64,000 bases of DNA from a virus. Below, one piece after another: positions 36,749 through 46,600 of the stretch (the first letter of the stretch is position 1; each line of letters begins with the position of its first letter). The position numbers and the translations under genes were made by a program. The notes below the pieces were generated by a model, which worked only from the letters and a program-made list of their open reading frames with translations, had not been told where the DNA came from and ran no database searches. The DNA is taken from positions 75 to 64,074 of IMG/VR virus record IMGVR_UViG_3300028888_000141; one strand, 5' to 3'.

Positions 36749-37882
36749 TTATGCATCAGCTACCCAGGCATATGTTGGAACGCCATTAGATACTGTGCAT
36801 TGTAATTTGTAAGTGCCATCAGTTGTAGGTGGATCAATAGCTATGATCTTCTGACCACCAGCTTTGCAAGTTCCATCCTGATAAGCTTCAAAAGCATTAG
36901 ATCTAACCGGCTGTCCACCAACAGGTCTGGTTCCATTACCAACAGCAAAAAGGATAGGATTAGTGTCACTTGAGCTACTTGCTACGTTATACTTTCCGAC
37001 GGCAGCGGAATTTGGAACATTCACGCTAAGACCTAATCCACTAGCAAATGAATAATTTCCTCCAACGTAGCAATCCTGTCCTCCAGCATGTGAAGCATAT
37101 CCTCCCGCTGTATTCATGCTTCCTTCAGCATGGGATGCCCTGCCGTTTGCGCTACACTGATCTCCTTCTGCGTGTGCATACTTAGCACTGGAACCTGTTG
37201 ATGAGGAACCGCCTTCAACATGTGATCCTTCTCCTACTGCTGTAGTATAATTTCCTTCTGCATGAGATGATGCTCCAGATGCTGTTGAGCCATCTCCCTC
37301 GGCATGAGATTTATACCCAGATGCTGTTGTAGATTGACCTTCAGCATGTGATGTATCATTACTAGCTTTAGTACCATAACCTTCAGCATGTGAATACGCA
37401 CCAGAAGCAGTCGTTGAAGTTCCTTCTGCGTGCGAAGCTGTACCAGAAGCTGTGGTAGACGAGCCTTCAGCATGAGAATTGGGACCTACAGCATTATTCG
37501 ACGACACATCATTAAATCTTTCTACAAAACCACCATTGTTTAATGCCGTATAATAACGCATTCCTGGTTTACGAGATAACTCAGCAAATAGGTCTGTTAT
37601 TTCGACCCAATGACCGGAAGTAAAAAGTTCGTCTTTAGATATATTTACATTGGCCCGATATATTTTCCCAGACTCTTTGCAATATTCACCAACGACATAC
37701 GCTATATTGCTGCCGTATCTAGCAACCGAAGAATCATAATCAGCTGGTTCAAGCCAAGCTGGAGTAGAACCTCCACCGCCTCCGCCGCCATTCTCTATAG
37801 CAGTTTTAATATCATCGAGTGCTCCTACAATTGCCTGTCCTGTTGAATCAAGCAGCATAGGATCTTGACTTGGATTGGACAT
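36749..37882 (-). CDS. Adhesin/fibre with YadA-head-like ASG..SHAEG repeats
   Basis: About ten 14-aa SHAEG repeats; LFAVGNG..RSNAF neck-like motif. Confidence 0.75.
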   Translation of the reverse strand: MSNPSQDPMLLDSTGQAIVGALDDIKTAIENGGGGGGGSTPAWLEPADYDSSVARYGSNIAYVVGEYCKESGKIYRANVNISKDELFTSGHWVEITDLFAELSRKPGMRYYTALNNGGFVERFNDVSSNNAVGPNSHAEGSSTTASGTASHAEGTSTTASGAYSHAEGYGTKASNDTSHAEGQSTTASGYKSHAEGDGSTASGASSHAEGNYTTAVGEGSHVEGGSSSTGSSAKYAHAEGDQCSANGRASHAEGSMNTAGGYASHAGGQDCYVGGNYSFASGLGLSVNVPNSAAVGKYNVASSSSDTNPILFAVGNGTRPVGGQPVRSNAFEAYQDGTCKAGGQKIIAIDPPTTDGTYKLQCTVSNGVPTYAWVADA

Positions 37883-37892
37883 ATTTTACCTC

Positions 37893-38129
37893 CTAAACTT
37901 GATACAGAACAGTAACTGTATCGCCATTAATGTTTGTGTATTCTGTCGTTGCAAAATATGGATCCGATCCAGTGGCTTCAGGAAGCTGACACAGTACATT
38001 AACAGTATCGCCATTAATATTTGTGTATTCTTCTTGCTTAAAAAATATGCTTCCTCCGCCGGGAACATAATTATTGATCCAATCGACAACTTCTCGAATA
38101 ACTTTAAAAGTACCTGTATAATTAATCAT
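37893..38129 (-). CDS. Small protein with a duplicated EYTNINGDTV repeat
   Basis: Start MINYTG after GAGG; repeat occurs twice. Confidence 0.55.
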   Translation of the reverse strand: MINYTGTFKVIREVVDWINNYVPGGGSIFFKQEEYTNINGDTVNVLCQLPEATGSDPYFATTEYTNINGDTVTVLYQV

Positions 38130-38481
38130 CGGGCACCCCCTCAAAACCAGGATCAATCATGACATTTATACGCCACTCTAGTTCAGAAATTAGCTGTTCA
38201 TGAGCTGAATTCATTGAACCGGAGGTAGGAGTATCAAATATCATTCGAACCTTGAGGTACATATAGGTCTTAACCATCTCCAAGAGTACATTGTCCTGGA
38301 GATAGTCAGACCATACAGCTGTAGCATCAGAGATAGAATACCCCTCTTTGGGGCCGACACCCAGCTGAGTCAGTATACCGAATACCGAATTGATGGACAT
38401 TAAAATATCCAGATCGAAACCGGTATCTTCATCGGCTATACCGAGGTATTTCTTTACAGAGAGAAGTATACTATCTTCCAT
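38122..38481 (-). CDS. Putative head-tail adaptor
   Basis: SIL.SVKK.LGI..FD.DI...INS....L.QLGVG..YLKVR..FD.P..ELEWR. Confidence 0.65.
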   Translation of the reverse strand: MEDSILLSVKKYLGIADEDTGFDLDILMSINSVFGILTQLGVGPKEGYSISDATAVWSDYLQDNVLLEMVKTYMYLKVRMIFDTPTSGSMNSAHEQLISELEWRINVMIDPGFEGVPDD

Positions 38482-38496
38482 TTTGAATTTTCTCCT

Positions 38497-41241
38497 TTAT
38501 GTTTTCTTTTTTCTACTATTTGCCATCGTTTGTGTCGTTGGTTGTGTCGTTGTATGTCTATTGCAGATGTAATCTCCATCTAACGTCTGGCCTGTCTCAT
38601 AAGAGACTCCTTCACCGGTCCAATTAGCAGAAAAGAATTCATAAGCCTGACTAGCACTTACATAAGTGTTATAAACTAGATAACTACAGTTTTTAGTTGA
38701 AGATATATTCCATCCTGCTAAATATTGTAATTGTGATTGATCTATAGCTGTGTCATAAAAAAGCCAAGTTATCGTTATGTTACTAACATCCCAACTTTCG
38801 CAGCCTCGTATCGATGTCAAATTTTTATTACCATAGAATAAATAATCTATATTCGATATATTTCGTCCAATAGCACCCTGCATACCTAATAAAGATTTTA
38901 CATCACAGTTTTTAAACATGCTTTTGATCGTTGATCCGTCAACAAGATTTAAGAAGAATCCTAAATTTCCATCTATTTGCTGTAGGGCACGACAAAGCTC
39001 AAACATACTATCAGCGTATTTGAGTTTTTTATTTTCCAATCGCCCTAATGCACTATGTATAGATACCAATTTTCTACAATCATAAAACATGTAAGAACAA
39101 GAAAATAGATTTCGCATTCGTTTAGAGGAAAAAGGATGTATGGTTTTTAAATTGTACCATTGATAAAACATATAATCAGAACGCTGTACATTATCTAAAT
39201 CCCAATTCCAAATGAAATCGACATTGTCTATTAACCAGTTATCATAAATATAATTTGAGTTGTTACTTCTATAAAAAGCACCAACCATATTAACAACATT
39301 GCTGGTATTTAACTGTTTTAAAAAATTTGTATTATCAGAATTAGCATTACGAAATGCATACATCATTGTTATTATTGAATCTGCTGATCGTAATCCCGTC
39401 AAAGTACTTAAATCACATTGCTCAAATGCAAAATTCAAGTCTTTTAAAGATGGAAATTCTAGATCATTCAAAAAACTTATCGAATCCGAAGTTCTCATCA
39501 GTATACAATTATGAGAAGTATCTATTCTTTCCGAATCCTGTGTTCTAAATGCAGCATGTAAAGACACAATTTTTGATGTGTCCATTTTATCAAAGCCAAT
39601 AAATTTACAATCATGCGGAAAATTGCATTGGTTTTGACCATCAACGTTATTGAAAGTTAGTGGTTTTCCTTTTAATTTGTATTCTACAACTTTACATGAT
39701 ATAGCCCAATACTCGGGTATTTGTACACAACAATATTTATCCAATTGACCCACAGTCCTACCAGGGGTTATAGTAACATTTGAAAATTGTCGGCCTCTTC
39801 TAGAAGAGCCGTTAATCGTTGCCGAGTATAAACCCATGTAAGCGTCTCGTTGGTCATAAGCTTTATCAGTATCTAAATATAATATTTCCTCATCTGATAC
39901 TTCCCAACTATCCGATACTTGTCCAGTTATTGTACAATAGCCATCTTCATATAATGTGTAAATAATATCATCATAATTAGGATTGCCGTATGTTCTAGAA
40001 ACAGCAACTGACTCTATATCAAGACTATCTGTAAACTCCGAACTTGGCATCCAAGATGGTTCATATGTAGCCGTTAAAGTTGTATTTTGATTTATGGTCG
40101 TACCCATCGGAGGATCAAAGGTACAATCCTCAGTTACTTCCCATACGGTATCATTATCGAGATGCGCCATAACCGTATAATCTTTAATATCAAATGTGTA
40201 TTCGTCGTGAAAATATGCAAGACCTATAAGTTCTATAGAATCAACCATTCCAAGATAAATGTTCATAGACGCATCTAATCCCATGTAGTATGCATGTAGT
40301 GTTGTGACTGCTTCTGTAATTTCTTCACCCATTTCTGGAAAAAATTCACAAAAATGTGTTACATCATAAACTTCACCAGTATCATATGTACAAAGAACTG
40401 TATAATCATCGATTTTTAACTTATAATGTGGAACAACTTCCTGAAGTCCCATAATTTCAAGATTTACTGGTTTTCCTTCAAAAATAGTATCTCCAGTTAA
40501 TCCAGCACTTGTCAAGGTGATCATCGCGTCTCCATAATTTGGATCATCGGAAATACCAATCTCGACGGTTCCGCCAGTGGCTATAAGTTTTACGCCAATA
40601 TAATTATGATCTTCATGATTTAATGCCGGATTCCAATAAAGCCAAGGTAACGTGTGCCGTTCATTGTTACTTGATACCGAAAATGTATGAACAGGATTTG
40701 GTCTCATAGTTCTATCCGATTCATCATTTAAAATATAAAACGCCTCAACCCTAACAATACCCGTAGTATTATCTGGACTAAGATTTACCTTGCATTGAAC
40801 TTCGACCTCAGCTTGAATATACGCATCTTTCACCAAAGGTATAGCACTAAATAATACTGTCGTTGCTTTAGCTTCACGTTCGGATTCGGTCAGTCCTGTA
40901 ATGTCAATGTCCTGAAGAACTATTGGTCTACTACTTACATTTGTGTTGAATGAAGTAATCCTACCCTGTGCAAATTCTGAAGATTCTTGACGAGCCTGTG
41001 CATTTGATAAATCAACAACTACTTCGTCATCCCAGCAATAATTAGGATAGTCTGGATTACGATAACCAAATGTACGAGGTGTTAAAGATTCAGCAATTTT
41101 ATTTTCTGGGTCATACATCCATCCATCATAAACATTCCCCGAATCAGAGGAATACAGGGTCAAATATGTAACCCCATACTCCCCTTCTTCGGGAAGGACG
41201 CCCTCATCATAGTAAGCATATCGTCTATCTATATTACTCAT
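38497..41241 (-). CDS. Minor tail protein with Ig-like domains and BspA/DUF285-like leucine-rich repeats
   Basis: Two V...D.....VT..C.F.P..G..I.....L.A.Y units, then NTSNVVNM..AF, MFY.C..L and WDVSNI repeats. Confidence 0.7.
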   Translation of the reverse strand: MSNIDRRYAYYDEGVLPEEGEYGVTYLTLYSSDSGNVYDGWMYDPENKIAESLTPRTFGYRNPDYPNYCWDDEVVVDLSNAQARQESSEFAQGRITSFNTNVSSRPIVLQDIDITGLTESEREAKATTVLFSAIPLVKDAYIQAEVEVQCKVNLSPDNTTGIVRVEAFYILNDESDRTMRPNPVHTFSVSSNNERHTLPWLYWNPALNHEDHNYIGVKLIATGGTVEIGISDDPNYGDAMITLTSAGLTGDTIFEGKPVNLEIMGLQEVVPHYKLKIDDYTVLCTYDTGEVYDVTHFCEFFPEMGEEITEAVTTLHAYYMGLDASMNIYLGMVDSIELIGLAYFHDEYTFDIKDYTVMAHLDNDTVWEVTEDCTFDPPMGTTINQNTTLTATYEPSWMPSSEFTDSLDIESVAVSRTYGNPNYDDIIYTLYEDGYCTITGQVSDSWEVSDEEILYLDTDKAYDQRDAYMGLYSATINGSSRRGRQFSNVTITPGRTVGQLDKYCCVQIPEYWAISCKVVEYKLKGKPLTFNNVDGQNQCNFPHDCKFIGFDKMDTSKIVSLHAAFRTQDSERIDTSHNCILMRTSDSISFLNDLEFPSLKDLNFAFEQCDLSTLTGLRSADSIITMMYAFRNANSDNTNFLKQLNTSNVVNMVGAFYRSNNSNYIYDNWLIDNVDFIWNWDLDNVQRSDYMFYQWYNLKTIHPFSSKRMRNLFSCSYMFYDCRKLVSIHSALGRLENKKLKYADSMFELCRALQQIDGNLGFFLNLVDGSTIKSMFKNCDVKSLLGMQGAIGRNISNIDYLFYGNKNLTSIRGCESWDVSNITITWLFYDTAIDQSQLQYLAGWNISSTKNCSYLVYNTYVSASQAYEFFSANWTGEGVSYETGQTLDGDYICNRHTTTQPTTQTMANSRKKKT

Positions 41242-41251
41242 ATTGTCTCCT

Positions 41252-42700
41252 TTACGACGTATAACTTACCTCATAGTTAACTAGATCGGCATAAGACCAT
41301 TCTATAGTTCTCATGCGATTATAAACGATCGTAGTTCCATCAATTCTATTATAGACTGATGTGTTATCCTTAAGAATAGTAATTCTCCAACTATCTGTTC
41401 CGCTGTAATACTTAATACTCATAAGCTGTGTTGTCATCTTAACATCGCTATGACTCATATAAGAAATTCCAGCATCTTCAGAGCTATCCCATACATCTTT
41501 CCACTTAACAGCAAGACCAGCTGTATCATGACTAGTAGATGTACTTTCGACATACTCAGTGATAGTAGTGGATGTTGAACTTCCAGTGGAAGTATCGCCT
41601 TCTTCATTCTTAAGAGATTCAAGAGTAGGAATACAAGAATATCCAGAAGCATCCCAAGTCTGTACAACTTCAGAAGCTCTAACCTGGTCACTTATTCCAT
41701 ACTCATTACGTATTTCGCAAATATCCCCAACTTCGAAATCGTCATGATACTTAAACATTATTGTAGTATCAATCTCTCCTTCAAAAGCTGTTTCGGGAAC
41801 AAGCTCTACTAATTTCTCAACGCCCTTCTGTACAAGAGTATTTGTATACTGCTGTACATCCATTACAGTACTTCCATCAGTAATAGAACTCACATCATGA
41901 CAATCGACATAAATTTCCCTTCTCTCAAGTCCGATTTTTTCACTTGCATGATCATCATCAAACTCAAGATAATGTGTAATGAATGTCTGTGTTGCTCCAT
42001 CACCTTCTCCAGCTATTCTAAGAACGTTTTTATAGTTTTTAATAGATTCGAGATAATTGCTGTTAAGGAGATTGTCGTGAGTTGGGCTAAAGACCACATA
42101 CGAATTCACCGTCTGATTATAAGAACGATCGGTACCAGCATACAAACTAAACTGAAAATTTCCATTATTTAACTCCATTTTGAATCCTATATGATTCGCC
42201 TGACACACTCTCTTAACTACGTCAAGGATTGATTCACCCATGTACTGAGCAACCTCGCTATAATTAAGTGCAGTGACTTTAGGATCAAGGCTTTCTATAA
42301 ATTGAAAGTTGTTAACTTTCCTTCTTGAATCCGTGGGGTTAATAAATGCATCATTTATCATAGAATGTAATGCATTTTGTATAGATCCATTCACGTTTGT
42401 CTGTTTCCACACGATCCTTCTATCGAGAATGGATTCAAGAGATCTTCCAGTTATTGTCAATTGGTTTCCATCATCATTATCGGTTATAATCTTAATCGAT
42501 TCTACGATCATAGCCCTATCTGAAGTAGGTATGGTGAGATACATGTCTTTTTTAATGCTCTGAGCGTACTTGGCAGTGATTGGAAGACAGAGTTCAAACT
42601 CTCCAGCATCATTATAGCGATCAGTCCATATGAATGAACTGTAGTAATCTATAATAGCTATTCGCTCCAACGAGGAGTTCAGAACAGAAATTTCGATCAT
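41252..42700 (-). CDS. Siphovirus minor tail protein (ReqiPepy6 gp37-like)
   Basis: YSSFIWTDRY..AGEFEL, TGRSLESIL.RRI, AGEG.G, G.ERRE.YVD, DF.VGDI. Confidence 0.8.
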   Translation of the reverse strand: MIEISVLNSSLERIAIIDYYSSFIWTDRYNDAGEFELCLPITAKYAQSIKKDMYLTIPTSDRAMIVESIKIITDNDDGNQLTITGRSLESILDRRIVWKQTNVNGSIQNALHSMINDAFINPTDSRRKVNNFQFIESLDPKVTALNYSEVAQYMGESILDVVKRVCQANHIGFKMELNNGNFQFSLYAGTDRSYNQTVNSYVVFSPTHDNLLNSNYLESIKNYKNVLRIAGEGDGATQTFITHYLEFDDDHASEKIGLERREIYVDCHDVSSITDGSTVMDVQQYTNTLVQKGVEKLVELVPETAFEGEIDTTIMFKYHDDFEVGDICEIRNEYGISDQVRASEVVQTWDASGYSCIPTLESLKNEEGDTSTGSSTSTTITEYVESTSTSHDTAGLAVKWKDVWDSSEDAGISYMSHSDVKMTTQLMSIKYYSGTDSWRITILKDNTSVYNRIDGTTIVYNRMRTIEWSYADLVNYEVSYTS

Positions 42701-42702
42701 GA

Positions 42703-43569
42703 TTAAACTCCTTCATAGTAGACTCTACTTACATATACAGCTGAACTAAGAGCATTATCGGTATCGGTAACTCGAATGCTATTTATACCGGGTTTAAGGA
42801 CAATCCAATCAGGATTCTGATTCAAAAGATTAAGTGCGTTATGATCAGCGTCTGCCGTATCTGTATAAATACAAGATTTATTACCAGAAACCGAACTAAT
42901 CTTTATAACATCTCCAGCTTCAAATCCATCATTTGGAGTGAATATGTTTATTAGCTGCGCGTCACCATCTGGATTAGCAAAACTAATAGTAAACGCAGGA
43001 ACATTATCGTAAACTGGTTTTTGTATGGCGGTTCCAATAGTAAGTTCCAAATATCCGCCAGTTTCTACTTCCCCTGTGTATTCTATAGAAGTTTCATCAT
43101 TTAAAGTTAATGATTCCTCAATATATGTATCTGAGTCGCACATCTTAGGATCAGGGCATATTAAACTTACCTGGCATTTAGATTCTTTTGAGAAAATATC
43201 CGGTTCGTTCTTTTCAACATATCCTTGTGTAACAACAGTGCGATTGTCTGCTTCTACCTCAATGAACACATTCTTTTTCATAGGAAAAAGCTGATAAGAC
43301 TTCTGTCTAACATTCTCAATACCATTACCAGTCTCCGAGTAAAATATCAGATCAAGAACAATGTTCCTTTTTCCAATACGAGCTGAGTTAAAGTGATCAC
43401 CGTCAACAGCCATTTCAGTCGTATTGACATCTGCTTCAACTGGTCCAAGCCCATCTATCTTATCAATAACAAAACCTGTATATTGAGATACATTTGTCGG
43501 ACTTGTAAGGGTCATAGTAAAGGCGTCCGACTTGTCTGACTTCTGAAAAACAGTCACTTTTTTAATCAT
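42703..43569 (-). CDS. Distal tail protein (Dit-like)
   Basis: Follows the TMP; IDGLGP..A.VN, RNIV, GYVE.NEPDIFS, CPDP, L.PG.N. Confidence 0.75.
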   Translation of the reverse strand: MIKKVTVFQKSDKSDAFTMTLTSPTNVSQYTGFVIDKIDGLGPVEADVNTTEMAVDGDHFNSARIGKRNIVLDLIFYSETGNGIENVRQKSYQLFPMKKNVFIEVEADNRTVVTQGYVEKNEPDIFSKESKCQVSLICPDPKMCDSDTYIEESLTLNDETSIEYTGEVETGGYLELTIGTAIQKPVYDNVPAFTISFANPDGDAQLINIFTPNDGFEAGDVIKISSVSGNKSCIYTDTADADHNALNLLNQNPDWIVLKPGINSIRVTDTDNALSSAVYVSRVYYEGV

Positions 43570-43601
43570 TTTGAATTTTCTCCTTTACCACAATAAAAAC
43601 A

Positions 43602-43629
43602 CCCTCGATAGCTGTGACACCACCGAGGG
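43602..43629 (-). terminator. Hairpin with conserved GGTGTCACAGC loop after the TMP
   Basis: CCCTCG/CGAGGG stem, then TTTTTATT on the minus strand; twin at 52952-52977. Confidence 0.6.
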
Positions 43630-43649
43630 CTGAAAGAAAGAGAGGGTAA

Positions 43650-46600
43650 TTATGACAAAGCACTAACAAGCTGTGAAAATCCGTTTCTGGTCTGACGGTA
43701 AATCTCAGCATTGCTAAGTGCCTTAGGACTATTGTTTGTCTGATTAAATGTGATGGATTTAGGCTCGCTATTCTGTTCAGCAAGAATGTTTCCAAGCTGA
43801 GTAATCATGGCCGCCTGCTGCTCATCATTGTGAGCCTGAACAGCAATCTGACGACTATTGAACATATTGGAGAGTGCAGCACTTCGAGCATTAACCTGGC
43901 TAAGATCCAAAGTAGGAGTTATTACAGGATTAACGTCTATACTTCCATCCAACATTCCAGACAACTGACTAATGGCATCCTGAACGGATGTAAGGGAACC
44001 AATAGCCATATTTTCAGCTTCGTCAGAAGCGAGATTAGAATACTGTTTAAGGCCGATAGCAAATCCCTCATCTACATAACGACCAATCTTCATAAATTCT
44101 CTTGATGGTGAACGAACACCAAGTTTCTTTCTAGCACTATTTATAGCTTTAAGAGCTAATGATGTAGCAGCACCTTCAACGACTCTCTGCATCTGATCTG
44201 AATTGATTCCTTCAGCGATACCTCTAGAAATCATCATACCGGTATTAAAGAATACCTTATACTTACTTTCTATAGCCATTCTAATAGTATCTGCAACTGA
44301 ACTTGCTGTTTCATAAACCGGCGCTTGTTTCTTCGCCATATCTAATCCGCGACAAATCATATGTACTATTTCGAATCCGCATTTTTCGAAAGTAGACATG
44401 GATTCTTCGAGAGCAGCAAAGATCGTATCTATAATAGCCTGAGTTTTCTCAGTTATTAGAGACATCCTTTCTTCGTCACTCATACCATTGGTAATGTTAG
44501 TCGTTATAGTCTGACCAGTTTCAGTAGCCTTAGTGGTGGCTTCACTACTAGTTATTCCTTCACTAAAGCCATTGCCCATTCTATTTCCAGCTGATTGACC
44601 AGCACCATAAGTTGCTTCGTCAGAAGCTATCTGCGTTGACAGGTTTTCCATTCCGGCTGTGTATTTCTCGTAAAACTCGGAAATATCCACAACCTGACCG
44701 ACAGCAGCACTAAGTTCAGTTGATAACTCATTATGTATAGACATAGCTTCGCGAGCTATCTTGTCATTATACAATGCAATATACTGATCAAGCTGAGCAT
44801 CAGTCATGCTGTTAAGCATCTTAAGTTCATCGAGGGAATCAACGCCCATATGAGCAATTGCTTCTCTAAGATTAAGATCTTGTACTCGAGTCATCAGAGA
44901 ACCGATGGTAGCATTATACTCATTAAGCTGATCAATCTGAGCCTGCATATTCTTCATAAGAATATTTGTTGAAGCATCCGATGCAACATATTCAGCCACA
45001 TTTGTATACTGTCCGGTTATCTGAGAAAGGCTTCCTGTAAGTTCATTTTGAATTTTATTCTGGTTTGCCTGTACCTTCTTGCGATACATCTCTTCATACT
45101 TTGCTAACTGTGTGTCGTCCATTCGATACATTGCTCTAAGTTCTGGCAAATCGTCTACAGACATGTTAGAAATTGCAGCACGAAGATTATTATCAGCGAT
45201 TCTACCACCAAGTGAGCCTATAATAGTATTTAACTCGTTAACCTGATTAACCTGGTCTTCGAGATTGTTTAATAACGTTTCGGGAGCAAATGATTCGTCA
45301 TCTTCTTTGACTTCAGCAAACAAATCTTCATTATTAGTCTTCTCAACAGCAGTCTTATAGATGTTCTTATACTGATCCATAATGTCTTTGATCTGGTCTA
45401 AGAACTCGTCACCCTGATCATCGACACCTTTGAAGAGATCTTTATTAGCTCTCTCTTTAGCATCATCCCAAAGATTCTCATACTTATCCATAAGACTATC
45501 GATCTTCTGAGTAAGTTTATCGACATTCTTTGCGGATGAACCAGACACAGCACCAAGACCGCTTATGCCATTGTTAAGATCAGACATGTCAATGTCTTCA
45601 AGGGTACCAAGAAGACCGTCTTTACCGCCAAGAGACTTAAGGAGATCGTCTACAAAGTGACTCCAGTCATTATCTTCCCAGCCTTCTTCGGCTATGTTTT
45701 CTTCTTGTTTTGCCTGCCATTCAAGATACTCTTTTTCGCTCTGGAAACTCTGAATGAAATTACTTGGACGTTTGCTAGCCAGCGCCTTACTTCTTTCTTG
45801 CCAGCTCATGGGGTTGCGGCCTTTACCGGGTTTTTTGCCAATGGACACTTTACTGCCCCACCAGCTACTTGAATTTTCGGTCTTAAAGCTGTCGATTAAA
45901 CTTTGTGCGTCATCGAGTTTTACACCCAAATGTGAAAGTAAACTATCACCAGCTACATCACCTATTTCACCCATTATAGGAGTAAGAGTATCTCCAAAAA
46001 TATCGCCCATTCCCTGAGCACCGGTAGTCAAAAATTCCTGTGCAACAGAATCTACAGAACCAGCACTAAGTCCAGCAGCCAAATAATGACCATCTTCTGT
46101 AGTCTTTTTTGACGGCGAAGCAATACCAAAGAAATTTTCTAATGACGTACCAAATATCGAGCCCATCTCCATCGCAGCGGCAATTAGTAATGCTTTTGAC
46201 GTTGCGTCGGTTGATCCTTCAGCTAATCCGGCAGCAATATAATGACCATCGTACAGCATCATTTGACTAACCGTCTGCATCATCTTATCTGATGCTTCGC
46301 TGAAGTTCTTAATCATCGTAGCAGCCGAATAGAATAAACCAGAGGCTGTTACGAGACCGGCCATACGAATAAGCTGATCAGTGGCTTCGATAATTCCGTC
46401 AACTTTAATGCCTTCAAATTTCTGAGCTTCAATAAGAGTTGCATAAATGCCTTGCATCATCTTAACAAGTGCACCAACACCATTTATGATAGATTCAGAC
46501 ATCATGCCTATAATGGCTATTGGATTAGCAACTGCCATTAAACCTATTGCAATTAAAGCTATTTTGAATAAAACTTTTATGTCTATTCCACTAATAAGGT

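Noticed and set aside
36749-41241. Diversity-generating retroelement target
   Set aside because: No reverse transcriptase and no adenine-specific TR/VR pair noticed
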